64,000 nt of DNA from Polyangiales bacterium (lineage in GTDB: Bacteria; Myxococcota_A; Polyangia; Polyangiales; JAWKRM01). The stretch spans positions 101,636-165,635 of the forward strand of contig JAWKRM010000003.1 of assembly GCA_041389625.1 (NCBI GenBank). The letters run 5' to 3'. The notes beneath the pieces were generated by a model that worked only from the letters and a program-made list of their open reading frames with translations, was not told the origin of the DNA and did not search any database. A program made the translations under genes and the position numbers. Shown here piece by piece: positions 1 to 9,384 of this stretch; the first letter of the stretch is position 1; every line of letters starts with the position of its first letter.

Positions 1-2
1 AT

Positions 3-896
3 TCGTTCCGCGTCAGCGTCCTGACGACCAAGCTCGCGGAAGTTGTCGATCGTTCCGACGGCGGTCCGTACGCCGATGTCTCGTTCACGCGGCGGCAGAT
101 GAAGGAGCTCGAGTACGCGGCGCTCCTCCACGACTTCGGCAAGATCGGCGTGCGCGAACAGGTGCTTGTCAAAGCCAAGAAGCTCTACCCAAGTCAGCTT
201 GAAGCGATTCGCGCGCGGTTTGACTATGCGCTCGCGGGGCTCGAGCGCGGCGCCCTCGAAAAGAAACTCGCGGCCATCACGGCCGGCGCACCGAAGGGTG
301 AGCTCGCCGATCTCGACGACATCCTCGCCGTCGACAAGGAAACGATGCTCCGGGCCTGGCGCGTCATCGAGCAGGCCAATGAGCCCACGGTACTCAAGGA
401 AGGTGATTTCTCTTCCATCGAAGCGATCGGCGCGCGCACCTACCTCGATGCGAATGGCGTTGCGGTGCCGCTCCTTGCTCCCGAGGAGATCGCCGCGCTC
501 CAAATCCAGAAGGGCACACTCAACGCGATGGAGCTTCGTGAGATCCAGTCGCACGTGGCACACACCTTCGAGTTCCTGTCGCGGATCCCGTGGGGCAAGG
601 ACATGCGGCGCATCCCCGAGATCGCCGGTTCGCACCACGAGAAGCTCAACGGCGGGGGGTATCCGCGGGGCGTTGCGGCGAAGGAGATTCCGCTCGAGTC
701 GAAGATCATGACCATCGCGGACATCTACGATGCGCTTACCGCGCGCGATCGCCCGTATAAGAAGGCCATTCCGCTCGAACGCGCCCTGGCGATCCTCGAA
801 CTCGAAGTGAAGGACGGCAACGTCGACGGCGACCTCGTTCGGCTCTTCGGGGAAGCGAAGGTGTACGAAGTCCTCTTCGAAGACGCGGGCGCATAG
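3..896 (+). CDS. HD-GYP domain protein (c-di-GMP phosphodiesterase family), 5' end outside window
   Basis: The frame of ORF 99..896 stays open back to nt 3, so the ATG at 99 is internal. The translation carries HDFGKIG and HHEKLNGGGYPRG, the HD and GYP signatures. Confidence 0.85.
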   Translation, partial: SFRVSVLTTKLAEVVDRSDGGPYADVSFTRRQMKELEYAALLHDFGKIGVREQVLVKAKKLYPSQLEAIRARFDYALAGLERGALEKKLAAITAGAPKGELADLDDILAVDKETMLRAWRVIEQANEPTVLKEGDFSSIEAIGARTYLDANGVAVPLLAPEEIAALQIQKGTLNAMELREIQSHVAHTFEFLSRIPWGKDMRRIPEIAGSHHEKLNGGGYPRGVAAKEIPLESKIMTIADIYDALTARDRPYKKAIPLERALAILELEVKDGNVDGDLVRLFGEAKVYEVLFEDAGA

Positions 897-907
897 GGCT
901 CGTCGTC

Positions 908-1576
908 GTGCAGGTTCGCGCCGCGATCTTCGACATGGATGGGCTCCTCGTGGACACGGAGCCACTCTGGCGTCGCGTGGAGACGCGCGTGTTCGCCGAG
1001 CTCGGAGTGCACCTCACCGATGCCCTGTGCGAATCCACCAAGGGGCTCCGCATCGAGGAGGTGGTGGCGCACTGGCATTCGGTGTGCCCGTGGCAATCCC
1101 CGAGTGTGCCGGCGGTGGTTGAGCGAATCGTCGACGAGATGCTCGAACGCATTCGGACGGAGGCGACCCCCAAACCGGGCGTCCGCCATGCCATCGATCT
1201 CGCGCGGGCGATCCCCATGCGTCTCGCGCTCGCCTCCTCGTCGCACACGCGTCTCATCCGCGCCGTGCTCGAGCGCCTGGAGCTCGTCGATGCCTTCGAA
1301 GTGGTCTGCTCGGGGGAGCATGAACCCCACGGCAAGCCGCACCCCGGGATCTTCCTCACGGCGGCGTCGCGGCTTGGAGTCGAAGCGCGGGCCTGCGTCG
1401 TGTTCGAAGACTCCATCGCGGGCGTCATCGCCGGAAAGGCGGCGCGCATGCGGGTTGTGGCCATTCCCGAGTCTCCGTCGCCCGCCTTCGCCGTGGCCGA
1501 CGTGGTGCGTGCGTCGCTGCTCGAGGTGCGTGCGGGGGACCTGACGGGTGACCCCGACGCGCCGGGTGCCGTCTAG
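908..1576 (+). CDS. HAD-superfamily phosphatase (sugar-phosphatase / beta-phosphoglucomutase-like)
   Basis: GTG start lies 12 nt after the previous stop. Motif I is FDMDGLLVDTE, followed later by LASSS and EDSIAGVIAGKAA, as in HAD-IA hydrolases. Confidence 0.8.
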   Translation: MQVRAAIFDMDGLLVDTEPLWRRVETRVFAELGVHLTDALCESTKGLRIEEVVAHWHSVCPWQSPSVPAVVERIVDEMLERIRTEATPKPGVRHAIDLARAIPMRLALASSSHTRLIRAVLERLELVDAFEVVCSGEHEPHGKPHPGIFLTAASRLGVEARACVVFEDSIAGVIAGKAARMRVVAIPESPSPAFAVADVVRASLLEVRAGDLTGDPDAPGAV

Positions 1577-1644
1577 GGGCGAATTGCGCGGTGGATCGGC
1601 CGTCCAATTCGCGGTCGGGCCTGTTACACTCCATCCCCTCGCGT

Positions 1645-2553
1645 ATGGCGGAACGCATCCACGGCGGTGTGCTCGACTTGGTGGGGGGTACGCCCCTCGT
1701 GCGGCTCGCAAAGCTGTCGCCGGAGGGCGGCGCGGAGGTGTGCGCCAAGCTCGAGTTCTTAAACCCTGGCGGTAGCGTCAAGGATCGCGCCGCCCTTGCC
1801 ATGGTCACGGCGGCGGAGGGCGCAGGCGAACTCAAGGCCGGCGCGACCATCGTCGAGGCCACGAGCGGCAACACCGGCATCAGTCTCGCGATGATCGCCG
1901 CGGTGCGCGGATACCGTTGCATCCTTGTGATGCCCGAGGACATGAGCCTCGCACGGCGCATGATTCTCAAGTCCTACGGAGCCGAAGTCGTGCTGACGCC
2001 GGCGCAGGAGGGGATGGCGGGCGCGGTGGACCGGGCCGAGCGCATCGTCGCCGACACGCCCGATTCGTGGATGACCAAGCAGTTTGAGAATGCCGCCAAC
2101 CCGCGCATCCACGAGGAAACGACGGGCGAAGAGATCTGGCGGGACACCGACGGCAACATCGACGCGTTGGTCACGGGCGTTGGGACCGGAGGAACGCTCA
2201 CGGGCGTGGCGCGCGTGCTCAAGACGCGGAAGCCGAGCGTGCAGGTGATCGCCGTGGAACCGCGCGGAAGTTCGGTTCTTTCGGGCGGCAAGCCCGGTCT
2301 CCATGGCATTCAGGGGCTCGGCGCCGGTTTTGTGCCCGACGTGCTCGACCTTGAGCTCGTGGATGCCGTAGTCACCGTCACCGACCTCGCCGCCGACCGC
2401 ATGATGAAGCGTCTCGCGCGCGAAGAGGGCCTTCATGTGGGTGTCTCGTCGGGCGCGAACGTGCACGCGGCGACGGAAGTGGCGCGCAACATGCCAAAGG
2501 GTTCGCGTGTCGTGACGGTGCTCTGCGATCTGGGAGAACGGTACCTGTGCTGA
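1645..2553 (+). CDS. cysK: cysteine synthase (O-acetylserine sulfhydrylase)
   Basis: ORF 1591..2553. The in-frame ATG at 1645 gives the N-terminus MAERIHGG. Motifs seen are SVKDR (PLP lysine), TSGNTGIS, GVGTGGTLTG and HGIQGLGAGF. Confidence 0.9.
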   Translation: MAERIHGGVLDLVGGTPLVRLAKLSPEGGAEVCAKLEFLNPGGSVKDRAALAMVTAAEGAGELKAGATIVEATSGNTGISLAMIAAVRGYRCILVMPEDMSLARRMILKSYGAEVVLTPAQEGMAGAVDRAERIVADTPDSWMTKQFENAANPRIHEETTGEEIWRDTDGNIDALVTGVGTGGTLTGVARVLKTRKPSVQVIAVEPRGSSVLSGGKPGLHGIQGLGAGFVPDVLDLELVDAVVTVTDLAADRMMKRLAREEGLHVGVSSGANVHAATEVARNMPKGSRVVTVLCDLGERYLC

Positions 2554-3236
2554 CGACGACTCCGCGGCGCCTTTTGCGCGCGCTCCTATTCGGTTGGCTC
2601 GTAGTCATCGGCGCAGGTGTCGGCGCCAAGACCGCGCACGCGCAATGCATCGACGAGGCAATTCGCGATGAGCTCAACGCTCGACGGAAGTATCGCGGTG
2701 TTGAGGAGCGGCTCTTTCAGAAGGCCGGGCGCCACGAGCTCTCCGTCATGGGCGGTCTCTACGCGGCCGATCTCGTTTCTTCGTCGTACTTGCTTGGGGG
2801 CGCGTACACGTTCCACGTCACCGAGGCCCTCGGGCTTGAAGCGAGTTTCGGCTATACGCGTGCGGACTCGGAAATCGTCCGCATCATCGAGCGCGATCGA
2901 GGTATCACGGTGCTCAAGGAAGCGACGCCCGTCTTCCTGTATCAGGGGCACCTCATCTGGTCGATCGCCTACGGCAAACTGCGGTGGTTTGGCGGAAGCA
3001 TTTCGCGCTTTGATTTTCACCTCGCCCTCGGAGGCGGCGTCACCGACAACGAGACGGCGCGCGGGCTCACGTTTAGCGGCGGGTTCGGTTTGAAGTTCTA
3101 CGTGGACGAGTGGTTCGCGGTGCGTCTCGACGTGCGTGATCAGGTGCTTCAACAGGAGATCCTCGGCGAGTCGACGCTGGTGCAGAACCTTGCGGCGACG
3201 CTTGGCATGTCCGTCTTCCTTCCATTCGGCTTCTAG
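2547..3236 (+). CDS. outer-membrane beta-barrel protein, GltA/NfsA position of a Glt/Nfs-type cluster
   Basis: Signal peptide ends ..AKTAHA/Q. The sequence has an alternating-strand pattern rich in G/Y/F and ends ..SVFLPFGF with a C-terminal Phe. It resembles the myxobacterial OM beta-barrel domain family. It is the first gene of the coupled block. Confidence 0.7.
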   Translation: MLTTTPRRLLRALLFGWLVVIGAGVGAKTAHAQCIDEAIRDELNARRKYRGVEERLFQKAGRHELSVMGGLYAADLVSSSYLLGGAYTFHVTEALGLEASFGYTRADSEIVRIIERDRGITVLKEATPVFLYQGHLIWSIAYGKLRWFGGSISRFDFHLALGGGVTDNETARGLTFSGGFGLKFYVDEWFAVRLDVRDQVLQQEILGESTLVQNLAATLGMSVFLPFGF

Positions 3237-3254
3237 TTCCAACCCGGGGGAACC

Positions 3255-4052
3255 ATGCGCGTTCATCGTACGACCCAATTGCTCCGCTGGATTTCCGCCG
3301 CGATGGTGCTTGGCGCGATCCTCGCGCTCGGCCCCGGCGCGGAGGCACAGCGAAGGAAAAGGCGCACACCGAAGTCCGCGCCCACGGCGGAACCCGCCGC
3401 GCCGCCCGCCTCGGCTCCGGCATCGGATGCCGGTGCCGCAGCGCCAAACGGCGATCCTTCCACGACCGGGACGGGCACCCCGAATGGTGCTGTCGAATCG
3501 GGCGCTCCCGCGTCGCCCGCCGCGTCCGCCGAACCGGTTCCCGCCGCGGACAAGGAAGAACCGGCGCCGGACTACACGGCCATCCGTTCCGAGTTCACGG
3601 ACGTCATGGACGCCATCGTTCAGCTCCGCTCTCGGGTCGCCGTGCTCGGCCGCCAGCTCTTTCAGACCCGCGTTCGCGTCCAGATCCATAACCGTGCCGG
3701 TGACACGCAGTCCCTTGCCCGCCTCACGCTCACCCTCGACGGCGCCCCGATCCACAAGCTCGATGCGGGTGCCCTTGGCGACGAGGAGCGACAGGTGTTC
3801 GATGGATTCGCGGCGCCCGGCCCCCATGTCCTCGCGGTGGAGCTCGAACAGCGTTCACGCGACAACGACAACTATCGTTACACCATGCGCGACAGCTACC
3901 GATTTGAGGTGGAGCGTGGCAAGGCGACCGTGGTGATGCTCGTTCTCGACGACGACTCGGGCATCGGCGAAGACTTTCCGGACGATGGCGAAGGCGAATA
4001 CGACGTGCGCACCCGGGTGCGCGTGGTGACGCGCGAGCTGGGAGACGAGTGA
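3255..4052 (+). CDS. exported protein with a Pro/Ala-rich linker, at the GltB/NfsB position (family not recognised)
   Basis: ATG is preceded by GGGGGA. The signal peptide ends ..GPGAEA/Q. About 90 aa of P/A-rich linker are followed by a beta-rich ~150 aa and an acidic tail. The stop overlaps the next start (GTGA at 4049-4052). Confidence 0.7.
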   Translation: MRVHRTTQLLRWISAAMVLGAILALGPGAEAQRRKRRTPKSAPTAEPAAPPASAPASDAGAAAPNGDPSTTGTGTPNGAVESGAPASPAASAEPVPAADKEEPAPDYTAIRSEFTDVMDAIVQLRSRVAVLGRQLFQTRVRVQIHNRAGDTQSLARLTLTLDGAPIHKLDAGALGDEERQVFDGFAAPGPHVLAVELEQRSRDNDNYRYTMRDSYRFEVERGKATVVMLVLDDDSGIGEDFPDDGEGEYDVRTRVRVVTRELGDE

Positions 4053-6115
4053 GGGCGGAGGGCACGGTGACCTTGGCGTGGGGCGTGCGCGTGCGCGCGG
4101 TGACGGCGATCTGCCTGCTCGCCGGGGGCGTGTCCGTGTTCGGGCTCCACGGGTTCGCAGCTGCGCAGGGCGACGCTCCGGACGGCCCGACGGTCGCCGG
4201 CGATGCCGTGCTTCGCGGCTACCTCGATGCGCTCGCGAAGAAGCGCCTCCTCGCCGCGGAAACGGGCAGCCTCCCCGCACTCAAGAAACTCGTTCAAGCG
4301 GGCGAGCGCCTCTACCTCGATGGGCGCCACGATGCGGCCGCCCTCGTCCTCTTCGAGGTGGCGGAGAGCCCGCGTTTCAGGGACTTCGCCGACGAAACGG
4401 AATTTCGAGGCGCCGAGTACATGCTCGCGCGTTCGCTCACGAAGCTCGGCGCCCTCGAGACGGCCATGCGCTACCTCGAGCGCGTGCTCCGTCGGGGCGA
4501 AAAGGACCCCTATTTCGGTCCTGCATACCGCGCGTTTGTGGACGTGGCCCTCGAGAGAGGGCGCCTGGATGACGCGGCGGAGCGACTGGCGGCCCTTGGC
4601 CCCACGCCCTTGCCGGAGGACGCGGCGAACGAGCTTCACTATCTGCGTGGCCGTGCGCACTTCGACGCGGGTCGTGGCGAATCGGCGGCGAAGGAATTCG
4701 CGGCGATCACCAAAACGAATCGCTTCTATGCGAACGGGCAATACCTTCGCGGGGTGATGGCCGCGCGTGATGGTGATCTGAAGCGTGCCGAAGGCCACTT
4801 CTGCGCCATCGCCGCCGAAGGCAAGAACAACACGTATTCGTTCTACGTCGATCAGCGCTATTTCGAGGTCAAGGATCTCGCCCAGCTCGCCCTGGGCCGC
4901 GTTGCGCACGAAGGCGGGCGTTCGGAGGACGCGTTCTACTATTACTTCCAAGTCCCGCAGGACTCGGAGCGCGTGGCCGAGGCGATGTTCGAGTCCGCCT
5001 ACGCGATGTACGAGGGCGGTGACTACGAAACGGCGGTCGACCTGCTCGACCAACTTGAGGCCCGCTTCCCCGAGTCGGCCTTCGTCGACGAGGCGAAGCT
5101 GCTTCGTGGATACATCCACCTCGGTCGCTGCGAGTTCGAGAAGGCGGACAAGCTCTTTGTGGGCTTCCATCGGCGTTTTCAGCCGGTCCTCGATGAGGTG
5201 GACCGAATTCTCGAAAGCCCGGCGCGCCAGGAAGGCCTATTCGAGACGCTACTCGTGGAGGCCCAGTACGATGCGGAGCGCCGCGCGAAGGGGGAAAAGG
5301 GCGACGCCTCGGCGCCGTCCACGTTGCTCGCGATGCTGCGCGTTGATCCTGAGTTCTACGCGCTTCACGCGGATGTGCGCACCCTCGACGCCGAGGCGGC
5401 TCGCGCGGGACGGCTCGCGGTGGAGCTCGGTGCGCTCGCCGCGCGCGTTGACGGCAAGGACGCGCCCAAGCCCGCCGCGAAGGACGAACAGGTGGCGTGG
5501 GATGAGGCGGCGGAGCTTCGTGGCGACCTTGAGTCTGCGCGAGCCGTCGTGCGAAGCCTGGGCGAACAACTCGATGCCATGCGTCGGTCGAAGGCGAGCC
5601 CCGGCGAGATCCGCGAGCTCGATGTCGCGCTCGTGGAGCTCGGTGGCCGTCTCGCGAAGCTCGAGCGCGCCGTGGGCCGGAAGGCCGGCGAAGCCTTCGC
5701 CGATGCTGACGTTGCCGCAGTCGACGCAACCGGCGACGGGGCGTCGGGCGGCGACCTCACCGCACTCTTCGCCGCCGATCAGCGCCGCGCCCAGACGGTG
5801 CCCGCGCAAGTGGAGCGCACCCGCGAAAAGCTCGTGGAAGCGGGCAACACCATCGCCCTCCGTTCGCTCCGCGTGCTTCGCGACCGACTCGGCAAGGGTC
5901 TCCGCCGGGCGCGCATCGGTCGCATTGACGCGGTCATGGGGAGCAAGCATCGCGTTGAAATCCAGATCGAGAGCCTCGCAGCGGGACGCTTTCCGCCCGA
6001 ACTTCTCGACCCGCTCCGCGTTCAGGGGTTGCTCCGCGACGACGAGGAGTACTGGCCCTTTGAAGGCGAGCTCTGGGAGGACGAGTTCCTCGAGTCCTCG
6101 AAGGGGGCCGATTGA
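4049..6115 (+). CDS. periplasmic TPR-repeat protein, GltC/NfsC-like
   Basis: 688 aa with an N-terminal signal (..HGFAAAQG) and repeated TPR-like helices (YYFQVPQDSERVAEAMFESAYAMYEGGDYETAV..). Its size and position match GltC, which is ~670 aa by my recollection. Confidence 0.7.
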   Translation: MRAEGTVTLAWGVRVRAVTAICLLAGGVSVFGLHGFAAAQGDAPDGPTVAGDAVLRGYLDALAKKRLLAAETGSLPALKKLVQAGERLYLDGRHDAAALVLFEVAESPRFRDFADETEFRGAEYMLARSLTKLGALETAMRYLERVLRRGEKDPYFGPAYRAFVDVALERGRLDDAAERLAALGPTPLPEDAANELHYLRGRAHFDAGRGESAAKEFAAITKTNRFYANGQYLRGVMAARDGDLKRAEGHFCAIAAEGKNNTYSFYVDQRYFEVKDLAQLALGRVAHEGGRSEDAFYYYFQVPQDSERVAEAMFESAYAMYEGGDYETAVDLLDQLEARFPESAFVDEAKLLRGYIHLGRCEFEKADKLFVGFHRRFQPVLDEVDRILESPARQEGLFETLLVEAQYDAERRAKGEKGDASAPSTLLAMLRVDPEFYALHADVRTLDAEAARAGRLAVELGALAARVDGKDAPKPAAKDEQVAWDEAAELRGDLESARAVVRSLGEQLDAMRRSKASPGEIRELDVALVELGGRLAKLERAVGRKAGEAFADADVAAVDATGDGASGGDLTALFAADQRRAQTVPAQVERTREKLVEAGNTIALRSLRVLRDRLGKGLRRARIGRIDAVMGSKHRVEIQIESLAAGRFPPELLDPLRVQGLLRDDEEYWPFEGELWEDEFLESSKGAD

Positions 6116-9100
6116 CGCGTTTCCTTCGGAGCTGTGCGTCCGTCGAGCGATGCCTATGCGCGACGGTGCTTGTGTGTTCGTTCGTTGTGCTGGGTGGAAC
6201 GGCGCATGCGGACACCCCCCGCGAGTTCCAGCGTCCAGCGAACGAGCGCTCGGTTCACATGGACGAAGAAGGCGAATCGACGAAGAAGGTCCGCCCCAAG
6301 GCCGCGCATCCAGAGAACCTCGAGTCGTCGATCTACCTTCGTGAACGCACGGACACCCTCGGCCAAGCCGCGCGTGACTACCAAAACGCGAACCTCGAGA
6401 AGATGCTCCGCGAGCGCGAGAACCTCGTGCGCGTACGCCGAAAGAGCGCCGTGTTGCTCCTCGAGGAGTTCATTCGCGTGGAGCCCGAGTCGGCCGCCGA
6501 GATGCCCGACGCCCTCCTGCGCCTGGCGGAATTGCGCTGGGAGACGGCGCGCGACGTCTACCTGCGAGCATTCGCCGAGTGGCAGCGGGGCCCGCGCGGC
6601 GCCCGCGGCCCCGAACCGAAGCCCGACTACCGCGCCTGCATTGCGCTCTACGACCGCCTCCTCGAGAAACACAAGAAGTTCGAACGCTACGACCTCGTGC
6701 TCTACATGAAGGCCTTTGCGCTTCTTGAGCTGAACGACACGGACGGCGCGCTCGCTCTCTACGGCCGCCTTCGAACCGAGTTCCCGAAATCGCGTTTCGT
6801 GCCCGACGCGCACATGGCGTTCGCCGAGGCCGCGTTCACGGGCAGCTACGACTACGCGACGGCCCTCTCCGAGTACGAGAAGGTTCTCGAGTATCCCGAC
6901 AGCGGTCTCTTCGACATCGCGCTTTTCAAGAGTGCCTGGTGTTTGTGGAAACTCGGCCGCACGAAGGATGCGGCCACGCGCTTCCGGCGCGTCCTGGACC
7001 TGGGTAACGAGCGCGCAAACCTCAGCTCGGATCAGCGGCGGCGCCTCGAGGAGCTCCAAACCGAAGCCCTCGACTATCTGATCCAAGTCTTCACGGAAGA
7101 CGAACGGAATACGGCGGCCGACGTTTTCGGTTTCCTTGAGGAGATCGGCGGCGAAAAGTACGCGTACCGCGTGCTCGTCCGCCTCTCGGACACCTACGTC
7201 GGGCAGGCGCGTTACGACCGCGCCGTTCAAGCGTATCGACTGCTCCTCGAGATGGACCCCGCGTCGCCCGAGGCGCCGAACTACCAGCACGAAATCGCAG
7301 AGAGCTACGCGAGCCTCGAAGATGATCCGAATACCGTGAAGGCACTCACGGACCTCGCGGCGAAGTACCGCAAGGGCTCACCCTGGGCCGTGGCGCAGTC
7401 CGATCCCGAGGTGGTGGCCGCCGCCGCGAAGATGGCGGAGCGCACCGTGCGTCGCCGCGCGATGCGATGGCACGAGCTGGGTCAGCGGGAAAAGCAGCGC
7501 ACGAAGTTCGAGCGGGCCGTCGAGCTCTACGGAGTCTACCTCGAGTACTTCGGTTCGGACCCGCACGCGTACGAGGTGGAGTTCTATCGCGCAGAAGTTC
7601 TCTTTCACCGCCTCGATCGTTACCCGGAGGCCGGTGCCGCATACCTGTCGGCCGCGCGTCGAAACCCGAAGGGCGAATACACCCGCGATGCGCTCTATAA
7701 CGCCATCGGCGCCTTCGAGCGGGTCCGCGAAGCCGAGCTCAAGAACTGCGCAAAGCCCGCCGCCGGCGCCAAGTCGACCTGCGCCGAAACGGAGAACGAC
7801 AAGAGCTTCTCCCAGGCCATCGAGCTCTATGTGCAGCTCTTCCCGAACGACCCCGATCTGCCCGAAATCCTCTTCCGTCAGGGCAAGCTCTACTACGATC
7901 GCGGCGTCTACGACCCCGCCGTGCGCCTCTGGGGCCAGCTCCTCGAGCGGTTCCCGAAGAGCGAGTACGCCGGGCCCGCGGGCGACCTCATCCTCGACAG
8001 CTTCAATCGCGCCGCGGACTACGGGAACATCGAGAAGTGGGCGCGCCGCCTCAAGAAGGCCGACGCGTTCCAATCGCCCGATGCACAACATCGCCTCGAT
8101 GGGCTCATTCTCCAATCCGTCTTCAAGAACGGGGAACAGCTCGCCGAGAAGGGTGAACATGCGAAGGCGGCGGACGCCTATTTCTCCGCCGCCGAAGAGT
8201 TCCCGAAGGACGAACGCGCGAAGAAGGCCTACGTCAACGCGGGCATCGAACGGCAGCGCGCCGGTGATCTTGCCGGCGCGGCGAGTGCCTACGATCGCGT
8301 GATCGAGAAGTATCCCGGTTCGGAGGAGGGCGCCCAGGCCGCGTGGTCGGGCGCACAGATGTACGAGTCCATTGCGCAGTTCTCGGATGCGGCGAAGTAC
8401 TACGAGGCCTACGCCGCGAAGTTTCCGAAGCGCCCGAAGGCCACGGATGCGGCGTACAACGCGGTGCTCCTCCGCGTGACCGCGGGCGAGAACACGGCCG
8501 CGGTGCGCAACGGGCAGCGCTACCTCGACGCGCACCCGAGCGGTGACGGAGCGGATGAAGTCACATTCCTGATGGGCCGCGCCCACGAAGCGGCTGAAGA
8601 TTGGCCCGCCGCGGCGCGCGTGTACCGGAAGTTCGTCGAACGAACCAAGCACGCCGACCGCAAGGTCGAGGCGCAGACGCGACTCGGAAAGGTGCTTCTC
8701 AAGTCCGGCGATCAGCGTGGCGCGAACCAGGCGTTCGACGCGGCGGCAAAGGCAGCGAAGGGTCGCCGCGGCGGCAAGCTCAAGGAGGGTCGCTACTACT
8801 CCGCCGAGGCGCGGTACCTCCAGGGCGACCTCGTGCTCGCCGAGTACGAGCAGATTCAGATCGCGGGCGATACGGCGGGCCTCCGCGGGCGCCTTCAGAA
8901 AAAATCCCAGCTCCTCAAGGAGGCGGCGACCATCTACTCCGACGTGGTGGGTTACCGCGTCGCCGAGTGGGTGACGGCGTCGCTGTACCAGATCGGCCGC
9001 TCCTACGAGCTCTTTGCGAATTCGCTTCGTGAGGCGCCCATTCCCGAGGGGCTCAACGAGGAGGAACAGCAGGCCTACCGTGACCAGCTCGGCATGTTCA

Positions 9101-9384
9101 TCGTGCCGATGGAGGAGCGCGCGCTCGAAGCGTATGAAGGCGGCTACCAGAAGGCCCTCGAACTGAAGATCTACAACGCGTGGACCCAGCGGCTCAGGGA
9201 AGCCCTTACGCGCCTGAACGAAGTGCAGTACCCGCCGTTCCGCGAACTCGGTGGCGATACCGTGGAGGGCGCGGCACTGCCCGTGCCCGCACCGCTCGAG
9301 GGGCTCGACTCGAGTCGCGATCAGTCGTCGCCGGGTCCGGGCAAGGGCGCTGCGCCCGCGGCGGGCAAGGGAGGTGGCGCATGA
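6112..9384 (+). CDS. large TPR-repeat protein, GltD/NfsD (AgmU)-like
   Basis: 1090 aa. The TTG start overlaps the previous stop (6112-6115). It has a signal peptide and many TPR units ending in the recurrent ..FPKS(R/E)(F/Y).. motif. This is the fourth position of the A-H order. Confidence 0.75.
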   Translation: MTRFLRSCASVERCLCATVLVCSFVVLGGTAHADTPREFQRPANERSVHMDEEGESTKKVRPKAAHPENLESSIYLRERTDTLGQAARDYQNANLEKMLRERENLVRVRRKSAVLLLEEFIRVEPESAAEMPDALLRLAELRWETARDVYLRAFAEWQRGPRGARGPEPKPDYRACIALYDRLLEKHKKFERYDLVLYMKAFALLELNDTDGALALYGRLRTEFPKSRFVPDAHMAFAEAAFTGSYDYATALSEYEKVLEYPDSGLFDIALFKSAWCLWKLGRTKDAATRFRRVLDLGNERANLSSDQRRRLEELQTEALDYLIQVFTEDERNTAADVFGFLEEIGGEKYAYRVLVRLSDTYVGQARYDRAVQAYRLLLEMDPASPEAPNYQHEIAESYASLEDDPNTVKALTDLAAKYRKGSPWAVAQSDPEVVAAAAKMAERTVRRRAMRWHELGQREKQRTKFERAVELYGVYLEYFGSDPHAYEVEFYRAEVLFHRLDRYPEAGAAYLSAARRNPKGEYTRDALYNAIGAFERVREAELKNCAKPAAGAKSTCAETENDKSFSQAIELYVQLFPNDPDLPEILFRQGKLYYDRGVYDPAVRLWGQLLERFPKSEYAGPAGDLILDSFNRAADYGNIEKWARRLKKADAFQSPDAQHRLDGLILQSVFKNGEQLAEKGEHAKAADAYFSAAEEFPKDERAKKAYVNAGIERQRAGDLAGAASAYDRVIEKYPGSEEGAQAAWSGAQMYESIAQFSDAAKYYEAYAAKFPKRPKATDAAYNAVLLRVTAGENTAAVRNGQRYLDAHPSGDGADEVTFLMGRAHEAAEDWPAAARVYRKFVERTKHADRKVEAQTRLGKVLLKSGDQRGANQAFDAAAKAAKGRRGGKLKEGRYYSAEARYLQGDLVLAEYEQIQIAGDTAGLRGRLQKKSQLLKEAATIYSDVVGYRVAEWVTASLYQIGRSYELFANSLREAPIPEGLNEEEQQAYRDQLGMFIVPMEERALEAYEGGYQKALELKIYNAWTQRLREALTRLNEVQYPPFRELGGDTVEGAALPVPAPLEGLDSSRDQSSPGPGKGAAPAAGKGGGA

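Noticed and set aside
2586-3827. 413-aa minus-strand ORF. Similar long antisense ORFs include 725..1711, 3896..5170, 6154..7290, 7378..8652, 10988..12157, 12241..13464, 35698..37035, 43078..44526, 45957..47645 and 61357..62742.
   Set aside because: They lie opposite genes with clear family motifs. Their translations are Arg/Gly/Ala/His-rich with no motifs, as expected for stop-poor shadow frames in high-GC DNA.
9180-9380. Upstream extensions of internal-start genes: 9180.. for the TPR lipoprotein, 12097.. for the GltH-like gene, 16573.. for the HEAT protein, 32037.. for the methyltransferase, 34034.., 39826.., 42151.. and 60977...
   Set aside because: The extensions overlap the preceding gene or its antisense strand and lack signal or family features. 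The internal starts give proper signal peptides, lipoboxes or family N-termini.
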